In this document: positions 25,801 to 40,562 of the stretch, in pieces | Numbering within the stretch: position 1 is the first letter of the stretch | Layout of the letters: every line of letters starts with the position of its first letter | Source of the DNA: Nemertoderma westbladi | Lineage: Eukaryota > Animalia > Xenacoelomorpha | Direction: 5' to 3' | NCBI GenBank assembly: GCA_032718475.1 | Contig: JAUCBJ010002196.1 | Coordinates: forward strand, 1 to 64,000 | Length of the DNA: 64,000 nt | The notes under the pieces: generated by a model | Databases searched by the model: none | Told to the model about the DNA's origin: nothing | What the model saw: only the letters and a program-made list of their open reading frames with translations | Translations under genes and position numbers: made by a program

Positions 25801-28800
25801 CAATACTCTCTACTTGTGTCACACAAGACGCTCTGCTTGTGTCACACAATACTCTCTGTCTGTGTCACACAATACGTTCTGCTTGTGTCACACAATACGT
25901 TCTGCTTGTGTCACACAATACTCTCTACCTGTGTCACAGAATACTCTCTACCTGTGTCACACAATACTCTCTGTCTGTGTCACTCAATACTCTCTGCCTG
26001 TGTCACACAATAGTCTCTGCCTGTGTCACACAATACTATCAGCTTGTGTCACACAATACTATCTGCCTGTGTCACACAATACTCACTGATTGTGTCGCAC
26101 AATACTCTCTGCCTGTGTCACACAATACTCTCTGCTGGTGTCACACAATACTATCTGCCTGCGTCACACAATACTCCTGCTTGTGTCACACAATACGCTC
26201 TGCTTGTGTCACACAATACTCTCAGTCTGTGTCACACAAGACGCTCTGAGTGTGTGACTCAATACTCTCTGCCTGTGTCACACAATACTATCAGCTTCTG
26301 TCACACAATACACTCTGCCTGTGTCACACAATACTCTCTGAGTGTGTGACTCAATACTCTCTGCCTGTGTCACACAATACTCTCTGAGTGTGTGACTCAA
26401 TACTCTCTGCCTGTGTCACACAATACTATCAGCTTGTGTCACACAATACTCTCTGCCTGTGTCACACAATACTCTCTGATTGTGTCACACAATACTCTCT
26501 GTCTGTGTCAAACAATACTCTCTGCTTGTGTCACACAATACTCTCTGCCCGTGTCACGCAATACTCTCTGAGTGTGTGAATTAATACTCACTGCCTGTGT
26601 CACACAATACTATCAGCTTGTGTCATACAATACTCTCTGCCTGTGTCACACAATACTATCAGCTTGTGTCATACAATACTCTCTGCCTGTGTCACACAAT
26701 ACTCTCTGATTGTGTCACACAATACTCTCTGTCTGTGTCACACAATAATCTCTGCTTGTGTCACACAATACTCTCTGCCTGTGTCACACAATACTATCAG
26801 CTTGTGTACACAATACTCTCTGTCTGTGTCACACAATACTCTCTGAGTGTGTGACTCAATACTCTCTGCCTGTGTCACACAATACTATCAGCTTGTGTCA
26901 TACAATACTCTCTGCCTGTGTCACACAATACTATCAGCTTGTGTCATACAATACTCTCTGCCTGTGTCACACAATACTCTCTGATTGTGTCACACAATAC
27001 TCTCTGTCTGTGTCACACAATACTCTCTGCTTGTGTCACACAATACTCTCTGCCTGTGTCACACAATACTATCAGCTTGTGTCACACAATACTCTCTGTC
27101 TGTGTCACACAATACTCTCTGCCTGTGTCACACAATACTCCTGCTTGTGTCACACAAGACGCTCTGCTTGTGTCACACAATATTCTCTGTCTGTGTCACA
27201 CAATACTATCAGCTTGTGTCACACAATACTCTCTGCCTGTGTCACACAATACTCTATGTCTGTGTCACACAATACTATCAGCTTGTGTCACACAATACTC
27301 TCTACCTGTGTCACACAATACTCTCTGAGTGTGTGAATTAATACTCACTGCCTGTGTCACACAATACTATCAGCTTGTGTCACACAATACTCTCTGAGTG
27401 TGTGACTCAATACTCTCTGCCTGTGTCACACAATACTCTCTGCTTGTGTCACACAAGACGCTCTGCTTGTGTCACACAATACTCTCTGTCTGTGTCACAC
27501 AATACGTTCTGCTTGTGTCACACAATACGTACTGCTTGTGTCACACAATACTCTCTACCTGTGTCACAGAATACTCTCTACCTGTGTCACACAATACTCT
27601 CTGTCTGTGTCACACAATACTCTCTGCCTGTGTCACACAATACTCTCTGCCTGTGTCACACAATACTATCAGCTTGTGTCACACAATACTATCTGCCTGT
27701 GTAACACAATACTCACTGATTGTGTCGCACAATACTCTCTGCCTGTGTCACACAATACTCTCTGCTGGTGTCACACAATGCTCTCTGCCTGCGTCACACA
27801 ATACTCCTGCTTGTGTCACACAATACGCTCTGCTTGTGTCACACAATACTCTCTGCTGGTGTCACACAATGCTCTCTGCCTGCGTCACACAATACTATCA
27901 GCTTGTGTCACACAATACTCTCTGAGTGTGTGAATTAATACTCACTGCCTGTGTCACACAATACTATCAGCTTGTGTCATACAATACTCTCTGCCTGTGT
28001 CACACAATACTATCAGCTTGTGTCATACAATACTCTCTGCCTGTGTCACACAATACTATCAGCTTGTGTCATACAATACTCTCTGCTTGTGTCACACAAT
28101 ACTTTCTGCCCTTGTCACGCAATACTCTCTGAGTGTGTGAATTAATACTCACTGCCTGTGTCACACAATACTATCAGCTTGTGTCATACAATACTCTCTG
28201 CCTGTGTCACACAATACTATCAGCTTGTGTCATACAATACTCTCTGCCTGTGTCACACAATACTATCAGCTTGTGTCATACAATACTCTCTGCTTGTGTC
28301 ACACAATACTCTCTGCCCTTGTCACGCAATACTCTCTGAGTGTGTGAATTAATACTCACTGCCTGTGTCACACAATACTATCAGCTTGTGTCATACAATA
28401 CTCTCTGCCTGTGTCACACAATACTATCAGCTTGTGTCATACAATACTCTCTGCCTGTGTCACACAATACTATCAGCTTGTGTCATACAATACTCTCTGC
28501 CTGTGTCACACAATACTCTCTGATTGTGTCACACAATACTCTCTGTCTGTGTCACACAATAATCTCTGCTTGTGTCACACAATACTCTCTGCCTGTGTCA
28601 CACAATACTATCAGCTTGTGTCACACAATACTCTCTGCCTGTGCCACACAATACTATCAGCTTGTGTCATACAATACTCTCTGCTTGTGTCACACAATAC
28701 TCTCTGCCTGTGTCACACAATACTCTCTGATTGTGTCACACAATACTCTCTGCCTGTGTCACACAATACTCTCTGAGTGTGTGACTCAATACTCTCTGCC

Positions 28801-31800
28801 TGTGTCACACAATACTATCAGCTTGTGTCACACAATACTCTCTGCCTGTGCCACACAATACTATCAGCTTGTGTCATACAATACTCTCTGCCTGTGTCAC
28901 ACAATACTATCAGCTTGTGTCACACAATACTCTCTGCCTGTGCCACACAATACTATCAGCTTGTGTCATACAATACTCTCTGCCTGTGCCACACAATACT
29001 ATCAGCTTGTGTCATACAATACTCTCTGCCTGTGCCACACAATACTCTCTGTCTGTGTCACACAATACTCTCTGCCTGTGTCACACAATACTCTCTGCCT
29101 GTGTCACACAATACTATCAGCTTGTCTCACACAATACTATCAGCTTGTGTCACACAATACTCTCTGCCTGTGCCACACAATACTATCAGCTTGTGTCATA
29201 CAATACTCTCTGCCTGTGTCACACAATACTATCAGCTTGTGTCACACAATACTCTCTGCCTGTGCCACACAATACTATCAGCTTGTGTCATACAATACTC
29301 TCTGCCTGTGCCACACAATACTCTCTGTCTGTGTCACACAATACTCTCTGCCTGTGTCACACAATACTCTCTGCCTGTGTCACACAATACTATCAGCTTG
29401 TCTCACACAATACTATCAGCTTGTGTCACACAATACTCTCTGCCTGTGCCACACAATACTATCAGCTTGTGTCATACAATACTCTCTGCCTGTGTCACAC
29501 AATACTATCAGCTTGTGTCACACAATACTCTCTGCCTGTGCCACACAATACTATCAGCTTGTGTCATACAATACTCTCTGCCTGTGCCACACAATACTCT
29601 CTGTCTGTGTCACACAATACTCTCTGCCTGTGTCACACAATACTCTCTGCCTGTGTCACACAATACTATCAGCTTGTCTCACACAATACTATCAGCTTGT
29701 GTCACACAATACTCTCTGCCTGTGCCACACAATACTATCAGCTTGTGTCATACAATACTCTCTGCCTGTGTCACACAATACTATCAGCTTGTGTCACACA
29801 ATACTCTCTGCCTGTGTCACACAATACTCTCTGCCTGTGTCACACAATACTCTCTGCCTGTGTCACACAATACTCTCTGCCTGTGTCACACAATAATCTC
29901 TGCTTGTGTCACACAATACTATCAGCTTGTGTCACACAATACTCTCTGAGTGTGTGACTCAATACTCTCTGCCTGTGTCACACAATACTATCAGCTTGTG
30001 TCACACAATACTCTCTGCCTGTGCCACACAATACTATCAGCTTGTGTCATACAATACTCTCTGCCTGTGTCACACAATACTATCAGCTTGTGTCACACAA
30101 TACTCTCTGCCTGTGTCACACAATACTCTCTGCCTGTGTCACACAATACTCTCTACCTGTGTCACACAATAATCTCTGCTTGTGTCACACAATACTCACT
30201 GCCTGTGTCACACAATACTATCAGCTTGTGTCATACAATACTCTCTGCCTGTGTCACACAATACTATCAGCTTGTGTCATACAATACTCTCTGCCTGTGT
30301 CACACAATACTCTCTGATTGTGTCACACAATACTCTCTGTCTGTGTCACACAATAATCTCTGCTTGTGTCACACAATACTCTCTGCCTGTGTCACACAAT
30401 ACTCTCTGCCTGTGTCACACAATACTATCAGCTTGTGTCATACAATAATCTCTGCCTGTGTCACACAATACTCTCTGCCTGTGTCACACAATACTATCAG
30501 CTTGTCTCACACAATACTATCAGCTTGTGTCACACAATACTCTCTGCCTGTGCCACACAATACTATCAGCTTGTGTCATACAATACTCTCTGCCTGTGTC
30601 ACACAATACTATCAGCTTGTGTCACACAATACTCTCTGCCTGTGTCACACAATACTCTCTGCCTGTGTCACACAATACTCTCTGCCTGTGTCACACAATA
30701 CTCTCTGCCTGTGTCACACAATACTCTCTACCTGTGTCACACAATAATCTCTGCTTGTGTCACACAATACTATCAGCTTGTGTCACACAATACTCTCTGA
30801 GTGTGTGACTCAATACTCTCTGCCTGTGTCACACAATACTATCAGCTTGTGTCACACAATACTCTCTGCCTGTGCCACACAATACTATCAGCTTGTGTCA
30901 TACAATACTCTCTGCCTGTGTCACACAATACTATCAGCTTGTGTCACACAATACTCTCTGCCTGTGTCACACAATACTCTCTGCCTGTGTCACACAATAC
31001 TCTCTACCTGTGTCACACAATAATCTCTGCTTGTGTCACACAATACTCACTGCCTGTGTCACACAATACTATCAGCTTGTGTCATACAATACTCTCTGCC
31101 TGTGTCACACAATACTATCAGCTTGTGTCATACAATACTCTCTGCCTGTGTCACACAATACTCTCTGATTGTGTCACACAATACTCTCTGTCTGTGTCAC
31201 ACAATAATCTCTGCTTGTGTCACACAATACTCTCTGCCTGTGTCACACAATACTCTCTGCCTGTGTCACACAATACTATCAGCTTGTGTCATACAATACT
31301 CTCTGCCTGTGTCACACAATACTCTCTGCCTGTGACACACAATACTCTCTGCCTGTGACACACAATACTCTCTGCCTGTGACACACAATACTCTCTGCCT
31401 GTGTCACACAATACTCTCTGATTGTGTCACACAATACTCTCTGCCTGTGCCACACAATACTATCAGCCTGTGTCACACAATAATCTCTGCTTGTGTCACA
31501 CAATACTCTCTGCCTGTGTCACACAATACTCTCTGCCCTTGTCACACAATACTCTCTGTCTGTGTCACACAATAATCTCTGCTTGTGTCACACAATACTC
31601 TCTGCTTGTGTCACACAATACTCTCTGCCCTTGTCACACAATACTCTCTGATTGTGTCACACAATACTCTCTGCCTGTGTCACACAATACTATCAGCTTG
31701 TGTCATACAATGCTCTCTGCCTGTGTCACACAATACTCTCTGCCTGTGTCACACAATACTCTCTGATTGTGTCACACAATACTCTCTGTCTGTGTCACAC

Positions 31801-34800
31801 AATAATCTCTGCTTGTGTCACACAATACTCTCTGCCTGTGTCACACAATACTCTCTGATTGTGTCACACAATACTCTCTGTCTGTGTCACACAATAATCT
31901 CTGCTTGTGTCACACAATACTCTCTGCCTGTGTCACACAATACTATCAGCTTGTGTCATACAATACTCTCTGCCTGTGTCACACAATACTCTCTGCCTGT
32001 GTCACACAATACTCTCTGTCTGTGTCACACAATAATCTCTGCTTGTGTCACACAATACTCTCTGCCTGTGTCACACAATACTATCAGCTTGTGTACACAA
32101 TACTCTCTGTCTGTGTCACACAATACTCTCTGAGTGTGTGACTCAATACTCTCTGCCTGTGTCACACAATACTATCAGCTTGTGTCATACAATACTCTCT
32201 GCCTGTGTCACACAATACTATCAGCTTGTGTCATACAATACTCTCTGCCTGTGTCACACAATACTCTCTGATTGTGTCACACAATACTCTCTGTCTGTGT
32301 CACACAATACTCTCTGCTTGTGTCACACAATACTCTCTGCCTGTGTCACACAATACTCTCTGATTGTGTCACACAATACTCTCTGCCTGTGTCACACAAT
32401 ACTATCAGCTTGTGTCATACAATACTCTCTGCCTGTGTCACACAATACTCTCTGCCTGTGTCACACAATACTCTCTGATTGTGTCACACAATACTCTCTG
32501 TCTGTGTCACACAATAATCTCTGCTTGTGTCACACAATACTCTCTGCCTGTGTCACACAATACTCTCTGATTGTGTCACACAATACTCTCTGTCTGTGTC
32601 ACACAATAATCTCTGCTTGTGTCACACAATACTCTCTGCCTGTGTCACACAATACTATCAGCTTGTGTCATACAATACTCTCTGCCTGTGTCACACAATA
32701 CTCTCTGCCTGTGTCACACAATACTCTCTGTCTGTGTCACACAATAATCTCTGCTTGTGTCACACAATACTCTCTGCCTGTGTCACACAATACTATCAGC
32801 TTGTGTACACAATACTCTCTGTCTGTGTCACACAATACTCTCTGAGTGTGTGACTCAATACTCTCTGCCTGTGTCACACAATACTATCAGCTTGTGTCAT
32901 ACAATACTCTCTGCCTGTGTCACACAATACTATCAGCTTGTGTCATACAATACTCTCTGCCTGTGTCACACAATACTCTCTGATTGTGTCACACAATACT
33001 CTCTGTCTGTGTCACACAATACTCTCTGCTTGTGTCACACAATACTCTCTGCCTGTGTCACACAATACTATCAGCTTGTGTCACACAATACTCTCTGTCT
33101 GTGTCACACAATACTCTCTGCCTGTGTCACACAATACTCCTGCTTGTGTCACACAAGACGCTCTGATTGTGTCACACAATATTCTCTGTCTGTGTCACAC
33201 AATACTATCAGCTTGTGTCACACAATACTCTCTGCCTGTGTCACACAATACTCTATGTCTGTGTCACACAATACTATCAGCTTGTGTCACACAATACTCT
33301 CTACCTGTGTCACACAATACTCTCTGAGTGTGTGAATTAATACTCACTGCCTGTGTCACACAATACTATCAGCTTGTGTCACACAATACTCTCTGAGTGT
33401 GTGACTCAATACTCTCTGCCTGTGTCACACAATACTCTCTGCTTGTGTCACACAAGACGCTCTGCTTGTGTCACACAATACTCTCTGTCTGTGTCACACA
33501 ATACGTTCTGCTTGTGTCACACAATACGTACTGCTTGTGTCACACAATACTCTCTACCTGTGTCACAGAATACTCTCTACCTGTGTCACACAATACTCTC
33601 TGTCTGTGTCACACAATACTCTCTGCCTGTGTCACACAATACTCTCTGCCTGTGTCACACAATACTATCAGCTTGTGTCACACAATACTATCTGCCTGTG
33701 TAACACAATACTCACTGATTGTGTCGCACAATACTCTCTGCCTGTGTCACACAATACTCTCTGCTGGTGTCACACAATGCTCTCTGCCTGCGTCACACAA
33801 TACTCCTGCTTGTGTCACACAATACGCTCTGCTTGTGTCACACAATACTCTCAGTCTGTATCACACAAGACGCTCTGAGTGTGTGACTCAATACTCTCTG
33901 CCTGTGTCACACAATACTATCAGCTTCTGTCACACAATACTCTCTGCCTGTGTCACACAATACTCTCTGAGCGTGTGATTCAATACTCTCTGCCTGTGTC
34001 ACACAATACTCTCTGAGTGTGTGACTCAATACTCTCTGCCTGTGTCACACAATACTATCAGCTTGTGTCACACAATACTCTCTGCCTGTGTGACACAATA
34101 CTCTCTGAGTGTGTGAATTAATACTCAATGCCTGTGTCACACAATACTATCAGCTTGTGTCACACAATACTCTCTGAGTGTGTGACTCAATACTCTCTGC
34201 CTGTGTCACACAATACTCTCTACTTGTGTCACACAAGACGCTCTGCTTGTGTCACACAATACTCTCTGTCTGTGTCACACAATACGTTCTGCTTGTGTCA
34301 CACAATACGTTCTGCTTGTGTCACACAATACTCTCTACCTGTGTCACAGAATACTCTCTACCTGTGTCACACAATACTCTCTGTCTGTGTCACTCAATAC
34401 TCTCTGCCTGTGTCACACAATAGTCTCTGCCTGTGTCACACAATACTATCAGCTTGTGTCACACAATACTATCTGCCTGTGTCACACAATACTCACTGAT
34501 TGTGTCGCACAATACTCTCTGCCTGTGTCACACAATACTCTCTGCTGGTGTCACACAATACTATCTGCCTGCGTCACACAATACTCCTGCTTGTGTCACA
34601 CAATACGCTCTGCTTGTGTCACACAATACTCTCAGTCTGTGTCACACAAGACGCTCTGAGTGTGTGACTCAATACTCTCTGCCTGTGTCACACAATACTA
34701 TCAGCTTCTGTCACACAATACACTCTGCCTGTGTCACACAATACTCTCTGAGTGTGTGACTCAATACTCTCTGCCTGTGTCACACAATACTCTCTGAGTG

Positions 34801-37800
34801 TGTGACTCAATACTCTCTGCCTGTGTCACACAATACTATCAGCTTGTGTCACACAATACTCTCTGCCTGTGTCACACAATACTCTCTGATTGTGTCACAC
34901 AATACTCTCTGTCTGTGTCAAACAATACTCTCTGCTTGTGTCACACAATACTCTCTGCCCGTGTCACGCAATACTCTCTGAGTGTGTGAATTAATACTCA
35001 CTGCCTGTGTCACACAATACTATCAGCTTGTGTCATACAATACTCTCTGCCTGTGTCACACAATACTATCAGCTTGTGTCATACAATACTCTCTGCCTGT
35101 GTCACACAATACTCTCTGATTGTGTCACACAATACTCTCTGTCTGTGTCACACAATAATCTCTGCTTGTGTCACACAATACTCTCTGCCTGTGTCACACA
35201 ATACTATCAGCTTGTGTACACAATACTCTCTGTCTGTGTCACACAATACTCTCTGAGTGTGTGACTCAATACTCTCTGCCTGTGTCACACAATACTATCA
35301 GCTTGTGTCATACAATACTCTCTGCCTGTGTCACACAATACTATCAGCTTGTGTCATACAATACTCTCTGCCTGTGTCACACAATACTCTCTGATTGTGT
35401 CACACAATACTCTCTGTCTGTGTCACACAATACTCTCTGCTTGTGTCACACAATACTCTCTGCCTGTGTCACACAATACTATCAGCTTGTGTCACACAAT
35501 ACTCTCTGTCTGTGTCACACAATACTCTCTGCCTGTGTCACACAATACTCCTGCTTGTGTCACACAAGACGCTCTGCTTGTGTCACACAATATTCTCTGT
35601 CTGTGTCACACAATACTATCAGCTTGTGTCACACAATACTCTCTGCCTGTGTCACACAATACTCTATGTCTGTGTCACACAATACTATCAGCTTGTGTCA
35701 CACAATACTCTCTACCTGTGTCACACAATACTCTCTGAGTGTGTGAATTAATACTCACTGCCTGTGTCACACAATACTATCAGCTTGTGTCACACAATAC
35801 TCTCTGAGTGTGTGACTCAATACTCTCTGCCTGTGTCACACAATACTCTCTGCTTGTGTCACACAAGACGCTCTGCTTGTGTCACACAATACTCTCTGTC
35901 TGTGTCACACAATACGTTCTGCTTGTGTCACACAATACGTACTGCTTGTGTCACACAATACTCTCTACCTGTGTCACAGAATACTCTCTACCTGTGTCAC
36001 ACAATACTCTCTGTCTGTGTCACACAATACTCTCTGCCTGTGTCACACAATACTCTCTGCCTGTGTCACACAATACTATCAGCTTGTGTCACACAATACT
36101 ATCTGCCTGTGTAACACAATACTCACTGATTGTGTCGCACAATACTCTCTGCCTGTGTCACACAATACTCTCTGCTGGTGTCACACAATGCTCTCTGCCT
36201 GCGTCACACAATACTCCTGCTTGTGTCACACAATACGCTCTGCTTGTGTCACACAATACTCTCAGTCTGTATCACACAAGACGCTCTGAGTGTGTGACTC
36301 AATACTCTCTGCCTGTGTCACACAATACTATCAGCTTCTGTCACACAATACTCTCTGCCTGTGTCACACAATACTCTCTGAGTGTGTGACTCAATACTCT
36401 CTGCCTGTGTCACACAATACTATCAGCTTGTGTCACACAATACTCTCTGCCTGTGTCACACAATACTCTCTGATTGTGTCACACAATACTCTCTGTCTGT
36501 GTCACACAATACTCTCTGCTTGTGTCACACAATACTCTCTGCCCGTGTCACGCAATACTCTCTGAGTGTGTGAATTAATACTCACTGCCTGTGTCACACA
36601 ATACTATCAGCTTGTGTCATACAATACTCTCTGCCTGTGTCACACAATACTATCAGCTTGTGTCATACAATACTCTCTGCCTGTGTCACACAATACTCTC
36701 TGATTGTGTCACACAATACTCTCTGTCTGTGTCACACAATAAGCTCTGCTTGTGTCACACAATGCTCTCTGCCTGTGTCACACAATACTATCAGCTTGTG
36801 TCACACAATACTCTCTGTCTGTGTCACACAATACTCTCTGAGTGTGTGACTCAATACTCTCTGCCTGTGTCACACAATACTATCAGCTTGTGTCATACAA
36901 TACTCTCTGCCTGTGTCACACAATACTATCAGCTTGTGTCATACAATACTCTCTGCCTGTGTCACACAATACTCTCTGATTGTGTCACACAATACTCTCT
37001 GTCTGTGTCACACAATACTCTCTGCTTGTGTCACACAATACTCTCTGCCTGTGTCACACAATACTATCAGCTTGTGTCACACAATACTCTCTGTCTGTGT
37101 CACACAATACTCTCTGCCTGTGTCACACAATACTCCTGCTTGTGTCACACAAGACGCTCTGCTTGTGTCACACAATACTCTCTGTCTGTGTCTCACAATA
37201 CTATCAGCTTGTGTCACACAATACTCTCTGCCTGTGTCACACAATACTCTATGTCTGTGTCACACAATACTATCAGCTTGTGTCACACAATACTCTCTAC
37301 CTGTGTCACACAATACTCTCTGAGTGTGTGAATTAATACTCACTGCCTGTGTCACACAATACTATCAGCTTGTGTCACACAATACTCTCTGAGTGTGTGA
37401 CTCAATACTCTCTGCCTGTGTCACACAATACTATCAGCTTGTGTCACACAATTCTCTCTGAGTGTGTGACTCAATACTCTCTGCCTGTGTCACACAATAC
37501 TCTCTGCTTGTGTCACACAAGACGCTCTGCTTGTGTCACACAATACTCTCTGTCTGTGTCACACAATACGTTTTGCTTGTGTCACACAATACGTTATGCT
37601 TGTGTCACACAATACTCTCCTCCTGTGTCACAGAATACTCTATACCTGTGTCACACAATACTCTCTGCCTGTGTCACACAATATTCTCTGCCTGTGTCAC
37701 ACAATACTCTCTGCTTGTGTCACACAATACTCTCTGCCTGTGTCACACAATATTCTCTGCATGTGTCACACAATACTATCAGCTTGTGTCATACAATACT

Positions 37801-38976
37801 CTCTGCCTGTGTCACACAATACTCTCTGCCTGTGTCAAACAATACTATCAGCTTGTGTCATACAATACACTCTGCCTGTGTCACACAATACTCACTGATT
37901 GTGTCGCACAATACTCTCTGCCTGTGTCACACAATAATCTCTGCTTGTGACACACAATACTATCTGCCTGTGTCACACAATACTCCTGCTTGTGTCACAC
38001 AATACTCTCTGTCTGTGTCATACAAGACGCTCTGCTTGGGTCACACAATAACCCCTGTATGTTTCACACAATACTATCAGCTTGTGTCACACAATACTCT
38101 CTGCCTGTGTCACACAATACTCTCTGAGTGTGTGACTCAATACTCTCTGCATGTGTCACACAATAGTATCAGCTTGTGTCACACAATACTATCTGCCTGT
38201 GTCACACAATACTATCAGCTTGTGTCACACAATACTCTCTGAGTGTGTGACTCAATACTCTCTGTCTGTGTCACACAATACTCTCTGCTCGTGTCACACA
38301 ATACACTCTGCTTGTGTCACACAATACTCTCTGTCTGTGTCACACAATACGTTTTGCTTGCGTCACACAATACGTTCTGCTTGTGTAACACAATACTCTC
38401 TTCCTGTGTCACAGAATACTCTCTACCTGTATCACACAATACTCTCTGCCTGTGTCACACAATATTATCTGCCTGTGTCACCCAATACTATCAGCTTGTG
38501 TCATACTATACTCTCTGCCTGTGTCACACAATACTCTCTGAATGTGTGACTCAATACTCTATGCATGTGTCACACAATAGTATCAGCTTGTGTCACACAA
38601 TACTATCTGCCTGTGTCACACAATACTATCAGCTTGTGTCACACAATACTCTCTGAGTGTGTGACTCAATACTCTCTGTCTGTGTCACACAATACTCTCT
38701 GCTCGTGTCACACAATACACTCTGCTTGTGTCACACAATACTCTCTGTCTGTGTCACACAATACGTTTTGCTTGTGTCACACAATATTATCTGCCTGTGT
38801 CACCCAATACTATCAGCTTGTGTCATACTATACTCTCTGCCTGTGTCATACAATACTCTCTGCCTGTGTCACACAATACTCACTGATTGTGTCGCACAAT
38901 ACTCTCTGCCTGTGTCACACAATACTGTCTGCTTGTGTCACACAATACTATCTGTCTGTGTCACACAAGACGGTCT
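10813..38976. repeat. 23-bp minisatellite/satellite array, consensus GCCTGTGTCACACAATACTCTCT, with variant units and higher-order duplications
   Basis: Continuous 23-bp periodicity for ~28 kb. Recurring variants (…ACTATCAGCTTG…, …GAGTGTGTGACTC…, …GAGTGTGTGAATTAAT…, …AAGACGCTC…) appear in repeating order. Confidence 0.98.
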
Positions 38977-39505
38977 ATATTGTATTTATTCCAAGCCACG
39001 GGGGCCCATAGTAAAATAGTAGATACATAAACAAAAAGGACATAAACAAAAAGGACATAAACAAACAAATACTTTACAAACAAATACTTTACAAAATACA
39101 CATAGCACACTAGTAATTAATAATAAACACCGAAACTCTAATAGCAATTACGTAGTTAAACGAAAAAGGCTAGTGCTGGTGCAAACTAAATATAACAGAG
39201 TAAGGTCTACATAAATTGTATACACCACCTAAGATAGTGTTGTAAGAATGAGTATTCTATTTAATAGGCTTTGTGAGGATCTATAAGTTATGTGAAAAAA
39301 CATTGGCAAACGTAGTTCGCCAAAAGAAAGTGACATACTTGTAGGTTCTTCACCGGTGAGCCTAGGGATATTAAACAGTAGCCTAGCACAATTATTGTAA
39401 GCTACCCTAATCTTATCGTACGCACGATGTGAGTAGTTCTTACTAGCCCATAGGCTGTTGCAGTATATTGGGGTACAGTAAGCACGAAAAAGTGCAGTTT
39501 TAACA
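38977..39505 (-). mobile_element. 5'-truncated non-LTR retrotransposon (LINE) 3' end: ORF2 C-terminus + 3' UTR; CR1/L2 group, possibly Daphne-like
   Basis: ORF 39229..39510 VKTALFRAYCTPIYCNSLW...IRVAYNNCARLLFNIPR resembles the post-RT C-terminal region of L2-group LINEs. It ends in AATAAATACAATAT on the minus strand. The clade call is from memory of motifs only. Confidence 0.75.
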
Positions 39506-39695
39506 TACATTTATTATAGGAAGGGATCTAGGGGTCTTAACCTCGAATGATAAGTTTATTTTACCGAAAATAACTTATCTTTTATTGGCGCAATTGTAGG
39601 ACTAATCCCATCACATGCGTACTTTTTAACCGGGTAGTGTACAAATTTAAGAATCGCGTAATTTTTCTTGAAATTAATATCTCATATCTCTCCAA

Positions 39696-39738
39696 ACCAC
39701 GTACGCGTTTCGACCTTACTGGGTCTCATCAGCGTGGT
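39696..39738 (-). ncRNA. Minimal type I hammerhead ribozyme, copy 1
   Basis: Minus strand: ACCACG-CTGATGA-GACC-cagtaa-GGTC-GAAA-CGC-GTA^-CGTGGT. Helix I is 6 bp, helix II 4 bp, helix III is the palindrome ACGCGT. Predicted cleavage between 39702 and 39701. Confidence 0.9.
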
Positions 39739-39797
39739 GTCGGATTCGAACCTGGGACCTCGAGGTGGAAGCCGAGACTACAACCACTAGGCCACAG
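39739..39797 (-). promoter_or_regulatory. tRNA-derived internal Pol III promoter (A and B boxes); repeated at 40151-40209, 40563-40621, 40975-41033
   Basis: Minus strand CCTG-TGGCCTAGTGG(A box, 39794-39784)-TTGTAGT-CTCGG-CTTCCAC-CTCGAG-GTCCCA-GGTTCGAATCC(B box, 39752-39742)-GAC. The anticodon-like loop is CTTCCAC. T and acceptor stems are degenerate, so this is not a functional tRNA. Confidence 0.8.
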
Positions 39798-40107
39798 GTT
39801 CTTGAGATATGGAGTATTAATTTCAAAGCCAGCTGCCATTTTATTAGCCCCTGAGTTTTTGATTATTGATAGTAACAATGTGTTGGCAAGCTGTATTTTT
39901 CGAGGTGTTTGTTATTCTACATTTATTATAGGAAGGGATCTAGGGGTCTTAACCTCGAATGATAAGTTTATTTTACCGAAAATAACTTATCTTTTATTGG
40001 CGCAATTGTAGGACTAATCCCATCACATGCGTACTTTTTAACCGGGTAGTGTACAAATTTAAGAATCGCGTAATTTTTCTTGAAATTAATATCTCATATC
40101 TCTCCAA

Positions 40108-40150
40108 ACCACGTACGCGTTTCGACCTTACTGGGTCTCATCAGCGTGGT
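40108..40150 (-). ncRNA. Minimal type I hammerhead ribozyme, copy 2
   Basis: Same sequence as 39696-39738 (+412). Confidence 0.9.
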
Positions 40151-40519
40151 GTCGGATTCGAACCTGGGACCTCGAGGTGGAAGCCGAGACTACAACCACT
40201 AGGCCACAGGTTCTTGAGATATGGAGTATTAATTTCAAAGCCAGCTGCCATTTTATTAGCCCCTGAGTTTTTGATTATTGATAGTAACAATGTGTTGGCA
40301 AGCTGTATTTTTCGAGGTGTTTGTTATTCTACATTTATTATAGGAAGGGATCTAGGGGTCTTAACCTCGAATGATAAGTTTATTTTACCGAAAATAACTT
40401 ATCTTTTATTGGCGCAATTGTAGGACTAATCCCATCACATGCGTACTTTTTAACCGGGTAGTGTACAAATTTAAGAATCGCGTAATTTTTCTTGAAATTA
40501 ATATCTCATATCTCTCCAA

Positions 40520-40562
40520 ACCACGTACGCGTTTCGACCTTACTGGGTCTCATCAGCGTGGT
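40520..40562 (-). ncRNA. Minimal type I hammerhead ribozyme, copy 3
   Basis: Same sequence as 39696-39738 (+824). Confidence 0.9.

Noticed and set aside
10813-38976. CRISPR-like appearance (short palindromic repeat with variable intervening bases)
   Set aside because: The intervening bases are a few recurring alleles about 10 nt long, not unique spacers. There are no cas genes and the context is eukaryotic transposons.
39739-39800. Functional tRNA gene (Gly-TCC-like)
   Set aside because: Acceptor and T stems do not pair properly and the anticodon stem is bulged; treated as a SINE-type tRNA-derived head.
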